A DNA stretch of 64,000 bases from Geosiphon pyriformis uo1 (Eukaryota; Fungi; Glomeromycota): contig JAAOMT010000708.1 of the NCBI GenBank assembly GCA_016748015.1, positions 343,968 to 407,967 of the forward strand, written 5' to 3'. The notes under the pieces are model-generated. The model saw nothing but the letters and a program-made list of their open reading frames with translations, was not told the origin of the DNA and searched no databases. The position numbers were made by a program, and so were the translations under genes. Positions 51,297 to 64,000 of this stretch are shown here, piece by piece (position 1 is the stretch's first letter; each line of letters begins with the position of its first letter).

Positions 51297-54200
51297 TAAA
51301 GTTTTAATTAAATTAAACTAAACCAAACTTTGAGTGTTGTTTAAGTTTAATTTAAATTATGAACCAAATTTAAATTAAACCAATTTTTTAAAGTAAGTTC
51401 AGTTTAAGTTTGGTATTAAACTTTTTTAACAAGTTTAAGTTTGGTTTAACTTTAATTCAAAGTTTAAAAACTTATTCAAATTTAATAAAATTAAAAAAAA
51501 TATAACTTGTATTATTTGTTTATTAATCATTACTTTGTTTAATTACTATAATCAGTTAAAAAAATATATAAAATTATACATGTATAACAACTTCACTTTT
51601 CAACTTACCAAAATGAATTTATTGTTAGTATTATTCAATGTTATTAAAGATTCAAAATTCAAAATAACAAAATTTAATAATTCAAATAATTCAAATATTA
51701 ATATATTTGGTAAATGTAGTTTTTAGAGTAAAGTATAAGACTATTTTAATAAGTTTGAGTAAATAAAAAAAAAACCAGCCAAATATACAGTCCTAAAATA
51801 TGTGTATAAACTATTTTTTTGTAGAATTATAAATATTACTAAATCTTTATGGCACTATTTAAAGGCTTTTTATTAGACAGTATATATTACAACAGAAAAA
51901 TATCATAAAAAAAAGCAAAATATTCAGAAAAATTGTGAATTAATTAAAAAAATGTTTTAATGAGTAAAATTGTTATTTTTTTTATAATTTTTGGCCAATT
52001 TAATTAAAAAACTGCTCTAGTTTTTTGTAATAACTGTTATTAATGTTGATAATAAAAAACTTGTGATATTATTACTATTTGGCTTATTAATTACCAATAA
52101 CTACTTTTTATAATAAAAGACTCTAAATTAATCAAAATATTTTAATATTTGAAATCTATTTCTCAACTTGTTTGTATTAATATAATTAAAAATAGAGTTA
52201 TAGAACTCCTATGTTTTGAGTAAACAAGAATTAAAAATAAGTACTATCTTTATTATGAAATATTTTTTTCTTTTACTTATATTTATAATATAATAAACAT
52301 ACTTAGATACTATTAAGTTTAAAAATTTTTTTACATCAGATTTCTGAACATCTCCCAATAATAAAGTTTTTGTTTCTATTATTACTTATTATATTAATAA
52401 CAATTGAAATCTTCAATAAACAATAATTGATTTTGGATTAATAAATAGATAATATAATAAAATAAATATTGCAAACAGATTTTTTAAAGTATTAAAAAAT
52501 TATAGAATTATATCAAAAATATGTATATATATTTTTGTATGAATTTGAATTAGTCAATAGCCAATGATAAAATTGATATACTATATAGCATATTAGTATT
52601 ATCTGAGACTTAGAGTTATCACAGTGCTTATATTATTAAAAATTGTGTTTTTTTAATATTGGCTTAAATTGATTTTTATTATTGCTCCAGAGCTGAATTT
52701 TCAGCATTAATATTATCTAAAACTCAGAATTACTACAGTGCTCATATCATTAAAAATCACACTTTCTTCATTATTGCTTCAAGCTGAATTTTCAGCCAAA
52801 AAGTTTAAAAAAAGTTTAAAAAAGAGTTATATTTACTTTCTTTTTATACAAGTTTACTATTAATTTTATTAGTTATAATCTAATTTTTTTTAACAGCTTT
52901 TTGCTATTACTCTTAATAATTTTGCAAATAATAGTACTTTTATAAGAGATTTAGTAAGAAAATTAGAAGAAAAAAACATTCAATAAAACTCAAAAGATCT
53001 TTGATTTTAATGCTTTGATTATATTCTAAACTTGGCAGTATAGATGATTTTAGATAAAATAAAAAATAATATTTTCAAGATATTTGTTAAAAACCCAAAC
53101 TGAATATATTTATCTGAAATTTTTTTAATGTAAACTTTGTATAAATTAAAGATTAAGAAACTTAACTTTGCAATTTGTATCTTATTTTAATGTTTTGAGT
53201 TCTTTAAACATATCTGTAATATATGTCAAATTAAATACTGTAAACTCATTCTGAATTGTTTTATCTGATAGGATTTTATTTATAATATAGTCAAAAATAA
53301 GTTATCTCTTAAATTGACAAGTTGTTTATTTTTAATTCCATATATTTTGAATACAAAAATTCTAACTATAAATTTATAGACATTAAATACTCTTATTAAC
53401 ACTTATATTGACTTTTATTAATATGCTATTTTACACAATCAGTGAGCTGTCTTTAATAAAATTGCTAAATTTCTTAAACCATTTAAGAATATTATGATTA
53501 AAATATTAGTCAGTTCAAATAATATTGCCTTTTCAATTATTCTTCTCTTTAATATTATTTTTAATTACATTAAAGACACAATTAATAATAATAAATTTGG
53601 TAAAGTATTATAATCTTAATTGTATTTATTTAGTTATTTATTTAACATATTTAATATTAGATTTATTACTTGTTATAGCAGCTAGGGCAGTAAAAAAAAG
53701 TTGATTGAATATTACTCTAAAACAAATACAACTATAATACTCTGCACTGTATTAAATCTAAAATAAAAGAATTGTAAGTTATTAATTTATTTAAATAGTT
53801 TTATTTTTTAACTCTTATATAATAAATAAATCTTTAAAATACATATTTTTTTTAAAATAAAGTATACACTAAATATTATATCAAAATTAAATGACAGTTT
53901 TTTGTTGAATGACAATTTTAATAATATTATAGTATTAGTTATACAATTTATATTAGAGACAGATTTTAATAATAATGAAGAAAAAAAACTTGACAAAATT
54001 GATTATTATATTTCTAAAAAAATAGCCAATAGAGAAATAAATATAATAGCATAGTAAAAAATATATTACAAAAAATATTTATCTAAATTAACATTTTATT
54101 AATAATTTGATATTTAGGTACATTAAACACAATTTTTTCATTTTGCATATATGGTTTGTAATTATTTGACAATCCAAAAATTATTTGTTGTTTCTAAATA

Positions 54201-54516
54201 CATATTTTTTGCAAGTAAAAATATAATTACAGATATGAAGTCTTGCTTAGTGTCTTTAATTATGAATACAGAAACTATTAAAAGAAAAATTAAATAATAA
54301 TATAGTATAATATAATGTTTTTAATAATTAAACCTAAACATGTTCATGAACTTTAAACCAAACTTATTGTATATGTTTAGATTTAGTTTAAGTTTGGTAA
54401 TTTTAAGTTTGGTTTAAGTTCAAGTTTGAAATTTTGCCAAATTTTCTATTTAAGTCTAGTTTAATTCAGTAATTTAATTAAATTTAAACCAAATTGGACT
54501 GAACATTAGAATTTTA
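51297..54516 (+). mobile_element. Decayed hAT DNA transposon
   Basis: 8-bp TSD CTTCAGCC (51289-51296, 54517-54524); TIR TAAAGTTTTAAT / ATTAGAATTTTA; AAACC/GGTTT subterminal repeats; remnants of TSDF(W)TS, CF..ILNLA and the C-terminal dimerisation motif. Confidence 0.85.
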
Positions 54517-54524
54517 CTTCAGCC

Positions 54525-55466
54525 TAATTAAATGTTAATTTTGTTTTTGAATAAACAGATTTAAATAATAAATTTAATTATTAATTTTTGAAAATTTTTT
54601 TATTTAAAATTCTAACTATTAGGTTTTTTTATTATAAAACACAGAAATATTGCTTTTTTAATTGTGTAATTATCATTATATTTTTTTTAAACTAGTAAAC
54701 ACAATTACTAAAATCTAATATTATCTTTTCATTTTTTTGGTAAATTAATAAGATAAAATTAATATTTAAACTTAAAGAAATTTTTTTTTACCAGATATTA
54801 TAAAATCTATTCTCAAACAATCAATTTTCAATGTTATTGTTTTACAAATAAGAAAAAAAACAAAAAATAATTAGTATTTTATTAATTACTATAATTAAAA
54901 ATAATTAGTTCTAGTTATTAAAATTTTAAAAGTATTTATGCTAATTATATCTGGTCTAGAATAAAAATAAGCAAAACAATTAATTGGATTTTAATATTTA
55001 AAGCATTTAAGATTATAAACTTATAAATTTGAATAATAATATTTTATTTGGTGAATTTAGAATATAAAAGATAAATAAGAGAAAAAAGTTTTTAAAACTA
55101 AAGATAAGATAGAATATAAATTAAATTTTTGTATGTTTTGTTCTTTTTTTATTTATTAAAACTATTTGTTTTTATATATATATTTTAATTTTACAAAATT
55201 GCTTTTAATTACTTATTATTATTAACTATTATTTACTATTTTAGCTATTGCTTTATTTTTTTGTATTATAACTAATTATTTTATATTATTATTAATTATT
55301 TTGTATTATTTTGTATTATTGTATATTATTTTAAGTTATTTTATGTTATTCTGTATTATTTTATATTATTTTGTATTATTTTGTATTATTACATATTTTC
55401 TATGTTATTACATTATAATTATATTTTTTTTAATAGTTTCTAATTGGTTTTTCTATTTAGATAACA
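54525..55466 (-). repeat. Decayed family-C-like LTR (probably continues left of the hAT to ~51192)
   Basis: Reverse-complement similarity to 20493-21557, including the 10-mer array (55260-55400) and the terminus GATAACA. Confidence 0.7.
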
Positions 55467-56502
55467 ATATATTAAATATAAAATAATATAAAATAATAAA
55501 TTATAATTAACAATAAAAAATAATAATAATAATAATAAGTTTTTAAAAAACCATTTTATAAATTAAAATATATATATATATAAATAGCTTCAGTTTAAAA
55601 AAATTAGTTAATTATAAAATAAAATAAATTTTTTTTTAAAAGCTTACTTAAAATAATTAAATTTAATATAATAATTATTTTTATAATTTAATAAACTTAT
55701 TTTTAAAATTTATAACTTTTTTAAATTGAAACTTGTATTATTATTACAAAAAAATTTATTTATTTATTTATTATAAAACATTAAATATAATTAATCAATT
55801 TTTTTTAAAAATTTTTTTAATTAAAACAATTATTTTTAATTATAATAATTAATAAAATATTAATTTTATTTATTTATTTATTTTGTATTAAAAACTTAAA
55901 CTAAATAGAATAATAATTTAATTATAATAACAAATAATTTAATATTATAGTAATCTAATAAAAAAAAATATTTTAAAAATTTTATTTTATTATTAAAAAA
56001 TTAAAAAAACAACACAAAATTTTACTAATTGTAATTAAATAGAATAAAATAAAATAAATATAAAGTAAATAATATTAATTATATAAAACAAATATTATTG
56101 ACAATATTAATATTTTTGTTTTTTATAAAAATAATAATATTAACAAAAAATCAAAAATATTTAAATTATATAAAACTTTTAAAAATTAATATATAAATTA
56201 AATATTAAAAGTTACATAAATTTATTCAAATAAAATATTTATTATATTATTAAATTAATTATTCAAAATAAACTTATTATAGAATTATTTTTTTAGTATA
56301 TTATTATGTAGTTATAAAGTTTTTTAAGACTATTTTTACAATTATTTAAAGTATTTTTCTAATCTAAAAACACAAAATATTAATATTTTTTAGTTTTTTT
56401 TTTAATTTCAACAATAAAACTTTTATTAATTAATAATAATATGAATAATTTTAAATAAAAATTATTTTTTTAAAAAATTTATTTAATAAATAATACAAAT
56501 AA

Positions 56503-56960
56503 GTTTTTTTTTTTTATTGGAATTTTACAAGTACAGTCTAATCACTATCTAAATACATAAAATCAAACAAAATTCTAAATTAAATATGGCTCATGTTTTT
56601 TCTACACATAACTAAACACTCAGCCCAATTAAGACAGCACTATATATTTATAGAATCTATTAAAAAAATACTGCCCAAAAAACCAAAGCCCAAACCAGCA
56701 ATATGAGAACACAAACCAAAACACATATAGATATCCAACCTAAAACCAAAGCTGTAAATAACATCAACAGCCCAAATGTCCAACAAACCAGCAACCAATA
56801 GTACAGCAGATCTATCACATGACAAGAAATCATGTTTTTTATAGAAGACTTTCAACTTGGCAACAGACAACCAAATATTAGACTTATGATTTTTAATAAG
56901 ACTGCAAACTAACTTAACAATTAAATTGCCACCAGAATTAGAGCCAAGAATAAGTTTTTT
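56503..56960 (-). mobile_element. 5'-truncated LINE 3' end
   Basis: Poly(T), 3' UTR and ORF2 C-terminus (56640..56870) homologous to 30730-31130. Confidence 0.8.
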
Positions 56961-56974
56961 AATACTTTTATTGT

Positions 56975-57785
56975 AATAATTTAATTTAATTTTTAATTTT
57001 TTTAATTAAAAAATAATTTAAATAAAAAATAAAAAATTAAATTGTTGTTTTTTTAATATTAAAACTATTATATATATATGTTTATAATTCTATAAAAAAC
57101 CATATTATAATATTTTATTTTAACATTTTAATATAGTATTTATTATTATTTTACTATAATTTTTATTGTTATTATAAGATAGTATTTATTATTAACATTA
57201 TTTAATAATTGTTGTTATGTCAATTATTACTTTTCTAAAATTATTATTGTATTATATTATAACTTTTTATTAAATTTTTAAATCATAACAATATTTAAAA
57301 ATTTATGAATTGTATTAAATATTAGTAAATTATTTATTTAATTTGTTTTATTTAATAAAAACAACAAATATTAATAATATATATTTAAAAATTTTAATAT
57401 ATTAAAACAATAATTCTTAATTATAACTATTAATAAAATATTAATTTCTACTTTTTTTAATGTTTTTTTTATTTTATTTTATTTTTTTATTTTATTTTTT
57501 ATTTTTACTAAATTAATTAATAAGTATTAAAATTATAATATTATAAATAGTTTAATAAAAAATACAAAAATAAACATAAAATTAATTTATTATTAATTGA
57601 ATAATTTATTAAAAAAATAAAAACCATTAAAATAAACTAATTATTATGCCAAAAAAATAAAATACAAAGTGTTAAAAACTATTAATATTAAATTTTTGTG
57701 CTTTATACAAAAAATTCAACTGTAAAAATTTTTAGATAATAATTAATTTTTACAGTACTAAATTATAATATAATTATTTATAATA
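56975..57785 (+). repeat. Extremely decayed family-B LTR relic
   Basis: Ordered remnants: TATATATATG, T-tract, TTATACAAAAAATTCAAC; boundaries approximate. Confidence 0.5.
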
Positions 57786-57799
57786 GTATTTAATCTAAA

Positions 57800-59530
57800 T
57801 TTGGCTGTAAACAATATTTTTTTATTAGATAATAGCAATAATAATATATTTATCAAATTTAAATTTAATTAATATTCAATCAAATAATTTAATATGTTGA
57901 ATTTTGGTTAATTTTTTTTAGTTTTAAAAACTAAACAAATTATGTTTTTATATAATTTTAAATAATTAATCTATTAAGTTATTTGGTTTTAAAAATTGAA
58001 TTAATTAAATAAAAACGGAATTTTTTTTTAATAGTATTATGTTTAATAATCTTAAAAAATAATTATTAATTATCAAAATTTTTTAAAATAAATAATTTTT
58101 ACTTTAATATTAATACTTTTTTTAAAATTAAATTGGCTTATATTAATACTGGTTTTTTAGTTTTATATAATTTTATTAATATAAAATCAGTTTTTAAAAC
58201 AATATTAAGCTTTTTTATATGAAATTTTACATCTTAAATTTTTTAAATATTGTTTTATTATTAAAAAAATTTTATTTTTATTTGTAAAATTACAAAATTT
58301 TTTGTGGTTTTTGTATTTAATTTTGTTTTTGTTGTTATTGTTTATTATAATATTTTTTTAAATTACTATAATAATATTAAGTTAAAATTTGTTAATTAAT
58401 AATAATAATATAATATTGATTATTTTAAGTTATATATATTTTGTTTTAATTTGTTAATTAGTTTTTATTAAAAAAATAGTATTTAAATTTTTTTATTTAA
58501 ATTAAAAAACGATTTATTTTAAAAAAACAAATTTAAAGCCAAGTTAATAAATTTTATATTTAATTATACTGTTTTTAAGATTAATAAACTGGTTTTTTAA
58601 ATAAATAAATATATTTGTTTTATTTTTCAATTTTTTAATTTTGTTTAATAATTAAAATATATTATTAATATTTTTAATTTTTAGAAAAAATTAAATATTA
58701 TAATTATTAAAACTAGTATTTTGAAAAAAAAATTAGATTTAATAAAATATTTTTGGTCATTAATTATATTTTAAATATTAAAACTTGTTTTTAATTGTAA
58801 AATATTTTTATCTTTTTTTTCAAAGGTTTTATTAAGTTAATAATTAAATTTAAAGTTTTTAAATTTTATTTTATTATTATAAAATTTTATGTTAAAATTA
58901 TTGTTTTTTTGTTGTTCTTATTATTATTAAGTTTAAATTGGTTTTAAATTAATATTCTTGGAATTTAAGTTGATTAAATTGAGTTTTTAGTTAATTTTAT
59001 TGTAAAACTTATTAATATTTTGGTTTTTATAATAAATAAGTTTATTAATAATTATATTTCTGCAAAAATTAAAACAAAAAATAGGATTTTTGCAATTAAA
59101 AAATATTAATATTTTTGTAAATTTTGTTAATGATTTAACCAAAAAAATAATAAATCTTAAAATAAAATATAATATAAATAATAATAATAATAATAATATG
59201 TTTGATAAAAACCCAGATTTTTATGTAAATAAGAAAAAATTGTTAGAATAATGATACTTTAAAAGTTATAAACTTTTAATATTAAATTTAATACAAATAA
59301 AACTGTTGTATAATTGGCTAGTTTAATTTTTTTTAATAATAATTTAGTTGTAATTATATATAAGATAACTATTTTAGATAAATTTGCTTTTATAAATTCC
59401 TAATAATTTAATTTAAACTAAATTTGTGTCTGATTACATATAAAAAACACATAAATTATGTTTAATTTAGAATATTTTGTATTGTATTAGATAATAATTA
59501 GATTATAGATTAAAAAAATAATAATAAAAA
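57800..59530 (+). mobile_element. Extremely decayed LINE relic(s)
   Basis: 59400-59525 resembles the LINE 3' UTR plus A-rich tail; ~58215 resembles FMK.LH; boundaries uncertain. Confidence 0.4.
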
Positions 59531-59841
59531 ATTACTTGTTGGCATTTACATATATTTTTTCTTTTTTTTGATTTGTTTTATTAATTAAAAAGTACAATAA
59601 CATTTATTAATATTATAATTTTTATTGCTCTTTTGTGATTATTTTCTATTACTTTCTATTAGCTTGTTACTTCAATCCATAATAATATATACTAAATGTA
59701 GCATTTTCTGTGTAGGTTGTAATTGGATTACACTTATTAATTATTATTTATTAATTTAATTATTTTTTTAAACAAAAAAAAATTTAATTTTAATGCTGTT
59801 AGTCATCGCTTTTCCAACATATAGAGTATACATTTTCTGCC

Positions 59842-61759
59842 ATGCACAAACGAGTTCGTTACTCTGAGCTTCCTAATTCACTTCCAGATGAACAGAAAGA
59901 TAGGCTTTCCACGATTAATCCTCAGACAGACCCACAGACAAATACTCCTACCCGAGCAAAAATCAAAACTCCCGGTCGAACCAAGACTTCTCAAAAACTT
60001 GCACTTTTCCCTGAAGAGTCTATAGATCAAATCGATGAAAGTGAAATCTATATTAAGCAAAATCTCCTAGGGCCCGCTCTAGTTGAAGCCGAAAGTTTCA
60101 CTCGTGAAGAACGAGAGAAACTTCCAAGAGTGACCGCTTATTGTACTGCGTCGTATGTATTTCTTTTAAAATATGTTCATGAAAATGACAAACAAAAATT
60201 TAATGTCATTGATATTTATTAGAGCTTATAAATTGGACGAACTGATGAAAAATATTCAAGGGCGCAAAATTCGTAATAGCACTTCGCCACGAAGATTTGA
60301 GGAATGGTATTTAAGTTGAAGTAAATATGAAACCAGCTTTTAATTCTTATCGAAAATTCTCTTTTCCCAGTGTATATACACCATTTTCTTTCACAGTACC
60401 TGTATCTCCCCCTATTACCGCCGACCTTTTGGGTATCAACGATTCGGAAATTTCGACACAGGTTCAGGAAATCTTGCCCGAAGTTTTCTTTTTTGATTAT
60501 GGGGTGGTAGTAATTTGGGGTATGAATGAACGTGAAGAGAAAAATCTTTTACGTGAACTGATCCCGTTCGAGCAAGATAGACTAGGTATTGGTTTTTATA
60601 ATTTAAATTATTATTCTATCAAATCCAAATTATTGATTTTGATTATTAGGAAATAATGATTTTTCTAGCTGCGAAAGATATCGTTACCGAAGAGTTTCAT
60701 TATCATTATGCTGCCTCATACCACCCAAGGTATTTACTCGATATCTAAATTACGTTCTCTTTTTACCTATATTCTAATGTAAATATTTCAATCGATCTTC
60801 TCACAGGATCTATAATGATGTGATCACATTAAAAAATCCTGCAAACTACATGATCAAGCTTACTATTTCTCATGCGGTGGCCCAATCGGTTAAGATGAGT
60901 TTTTTTGAAGAATTAATCGAAGAGACTATCGAAACCACAAAACATATTCCCAAGACAATGGCAGAGACTGGCAAAGTTTTCATGACCCGGTTCGTGTTAA
61001 AGTTTTACGCTATATATTTTAAATAATAAATTAACTCCTTATATTTTTGTAAACCCATAGAACTGCTATTACTCAAAAGATTGGCCAGGTAAATAACTAT
61101 ATTGATAAAACTATTAGATTAATATCTTGACATGTGTATAACTTGTTTCTTTGTTGGTCTTAGCTGTTCATCATGCGGATCAATATAAATTTGGTCAGTA
61201 ATATTTTAGACACACCAGAAATCTTTTGGTCAGAACCGGTTTACGAGGGATTGTATAAGACTATAAGAGGTTAGAGTTTTATTTTCAAATGCTTACATTT
61301 AATTTTCTTATTCAAAACTTAATTTATCTTAATGCAGGATATTTGGAGATATCTAATCGCGTAGATTTGTTGAATCAAAGAGTCAGCGTAATAAGTCAGA
61401 AAATTTTCAAATATAAAAAAAATTTGTTTCATGTTGATATAATCTAAATAAAATTTTGTTTTATAGGTGATCTTTTGGATATGTTGAAGGATCATTTGAC
61501 TAGTTCGCACGGTTTGTGTTAACTTTTCAAAATCTTACTCATTTCATGAACTTTTTTAACTTGTTTTCTTTATAAAGGTGAGGTATTAGAATGGATTATT
61601 ATCGTCTTAATTGGTACGTATGACACAAAAATATAAAAATTCGAAATAACTTCAATTTCCTCACTTTTTGAATTGAAATATTTAGGCGTTGAAATCTTGG
61701 TCGGCTGTATGACTATCTTCATTGAAGCTTTACGCTACTCCGCCAAAACTAATCATTAA
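59842..61759 (+). CDS. RMD1: RMD1/Sif2-like DUF155 protein, multi-exon
   Basis: RVTAYCTA, EVFFFDYGVVVIWG, KLTISHAVAQSVK, NILDTPEIFW, LEWIIIVLI; GT-AG introns (e.g. 60153-60222, 60307-60370). Confidence 0.88.
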
Positions 61760-62019
61760 TCTTGAGATGAATTTTTGGCCAAATATTTTTCTATTTAATT
61801 GATCTATACTCTCAATGTATAGTAGCTGGCTCTTTTCCATTTAAATAAAGCTTTATAGTCTCAGAACCAAAAGTAGTTTTGATTGGTTTAAGTAAGTTTT
61901 TAGGTGATGGTATTCCTCCCCATTTATTTTGGAATACATGACATTTGGTAACTAAGAAATAAGTAGGCCGAAGAAAAGCTTTTCATATCATGTGCTACAT
62001 GATATCTTTAAAAGGTAAT

Positions 62020-63435
62020 CTATGAAGAACTTGCAACTTTTTTCAAATTATCCATCTTGGTTGTCTCTACTGGTGAACTATAAACAAATATATAAATAAC
62101 GGAGTTAACCTAAAAGAAATATATTAAATATATTGACAATACGAACCCAATGAATGCCAATTCTTTGATGATCGTCGTATCTTCATCGCCAAGGTTATCT
62201 TGAACGAATACCTTAATTTAGAGCAAATATTTTACTCAAATGAGTGCGAATAGAAAGCGCTGATTTTTTTTAATTGTTAAACTTCATTTTTGTCCCTTAC
62301 CACTAAATTAGTAACGATTTGAAATTTGACAAATCTCAAAGGTACAAAAGCATTCTCCTCGTAATCATTTTCAGTCAATTCGAGAATCTGAGTTGCTTGA
62401 ATCGACTCAGTCTCATCAAAACCCAAGTTGAGCCGGTTCACGTAGAGTTTGATTGTTTTTGGAGCATGTTCTGCAACCAAGATAGGTTAGAAACTCCTTC
62501 AACAAATTGGGTTCAAAAAATTGAGTTTGCTAGGTTCATACTAATATCCTTGGCTACCAGTTTTAGAGAGTGTAGTTTTACAGCTTGATTAAATGGGATC
62601 GAGATCAAAAGTTGTTCGTCAACATCAGATTCTAGATACGAGTCATCTTTTGTAAAGATTGAACGCACTCGATGGTTCTCTTTTTCATTGAGACAATCGA
62701 TTTGGTTAAGGGTTATAAATTCATTGATATCGGTCTGCATTATTAAGAAATTTTTTTTTAGAATTCAAGCGATAGCAACCAGAGCAGACCCCCTATATTG
62801 ATTCATACATGACCCTGGATGTTGAGCAAGCTTGAGCCACTCTCTTCCGGAGTTCCAGCAAATTGTAAAACAAGTTCTTCGAGCCTTCTTGGATCTGCAC
62901 CTTTAAGTTCAGCAACTTGCTGGCCACCCTTGAAAAACTTAAAGGTGGGCCTATTGAACATGAAAAAGTAGAAAAGCCCAATATACTAAGATGTTGAAAG
63001 GTCTTTTTCCGGTTTCCTAAAAGTCCTTAATGTGCGACTTACATAGCGGTCACATGTGCATGTTGCGCAGTTTCCTTGTTAGCTTCAACGTCAACCTAAA
63101 ACAAGAACGCAAATACTTGATTAACCACTTTTTAGTTAACGAATAAAATAGAGTTTCGGCCGAAAGTATGACCATACCTTGGCGAAAGTGACATGTCTAT
63201 GTTGGGAACTGAGATCTTGATATTTAGGTGCAATAGCGTGACAGGGTTGACACCATGTAGCATGGAAGTCCACGACCACCTAAATGAGAGTCAGACGAGA
63301 AGCTTATTAAAAGACATCTTAGATAACGGCAAGCTTTTACACTCCAAAGAAGAAACAGACCAGTTTTTTAGCTGGAGTAGAAGATAAAAGTTGTTGGTAT
63401 TCGGCAAGAGTATTGAGGGTTTTAAGATAAGACAT
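62020..63435 (-). CDS. TXNL1: Thioredoxin plus PITH-domain protein (TXNL1/Txl1-like), multi-exon
   Basis: Spliced exons give [29 protein letters not shown], then [39 protein letters not shown]. Confidence 0.88.
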
Positions 63436-63745
63436 GTTTAGAGCGATTTCAATATTGATGAAACAAATTCAAAAAGATACACGACTTTTTCGTGATGATA
63501 TTTAATTAGATGATCATTTTGAAAACTTTGCTATCTTAGATTAAATGTTGGATTTGATCTAGTCAGGCCAATTGGATACGTAATGAACATCCTTAAATGC
63601 ATCTATATAAATAAAACTTCAATTTTAAACCAGATATCAACTTTTTTTTTAGACAAATATTGTCACAAAAATATGATAATAGTAAAAGGAAATAGGTGTT
63701 GCAGGAAGATTGGGACAATATTTTCAGGCAAAGCATTTTTACCAT

Positions 63746-64000
63746 TTATAACATATCGGCTGACTGTCGAACCAAACGTTGGACGCGTTTCTTGAAAGCA
63801 GGATAACTGTCTCGCCATTCTTTCTAATAAATTTATGGGAAAAGGTATATGAATTAGTTAAGTATTTTCCAGCTAATAATGAAAAGGTTGAGTTTTCAGG
63901 TTTCACAAAATTTCTTACAGCTGCTTCGATATTAGCCGGAGATTCGTCGTTGGGTGTTGATAGCATGGAAATTACGCTGAGTAAAATAGTTTCCACCGTA
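63746..64000 (-). CDS. Ubiquitin-conjugating enzyme E2 (Ubc7/UBE2G/Cdc34-like), 3' end only
   Basis: TVETILLSVISMLSTPNDESPANIEAA | intron ~63824-63918 | KEWRDSYPAFKKRVQRLVRQSADML*. Confidence 0.88.

Noticed and set aside
53808-55486. Short I/L/F/Y/N/K-rich ORFs in AT-rich DNA (also 20386, 20668, 27367, 39088, 49068, 51535)
   Set aside because: Compositional artefacts of decayed repeats
63193-63387. Plus-strand ORFs 63193..63387 and 62319..62588
   Set aside because: Antisense to exons of the thioredoxin-PITH gene

Overview
Eukaryotic fungal DNA, AT-rich with short GT-AG introns. Element and gene style suggests Glomeromycotina, possibly Geosiphon-like (inference, not checked). Bases 1 to ~59,700 are a nested transposon cluster: seven Ty3/Gypsy LTR retrotransposon copies (E1-E7; E4 7522-17563 and E7 40052-50681 are full length), three solo LTRs, a near-complete LINE, a decayed hAT transposon and near-pure-AT relics. 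All are eroded by C>T/G>A transitions to different degrees. From ~59,800 there is a compact gene island: RMD1-like, thioredoxin-PITH (TXNL1-like) and the 3' end of an E2 enzyme. Main novelty is the Ty3/Gypsy lineage. (1) Its 4-bp target sites are centred on a since-deaminated CpG at 10 insertions (15 flanks). (2) Integrase is a separate ORF after a conserved stop. (3) A conserved third ORF of unknown function has its own TATA box and sits next to subfamily-specific U3 repeat arrays, a candidate transactivator/anti-silencing module. (4) The LTRs carry covarying RNA structures. (5) The polyprotein also contains a dUTPase and a Cys-rich module. All alignments were done by eye.
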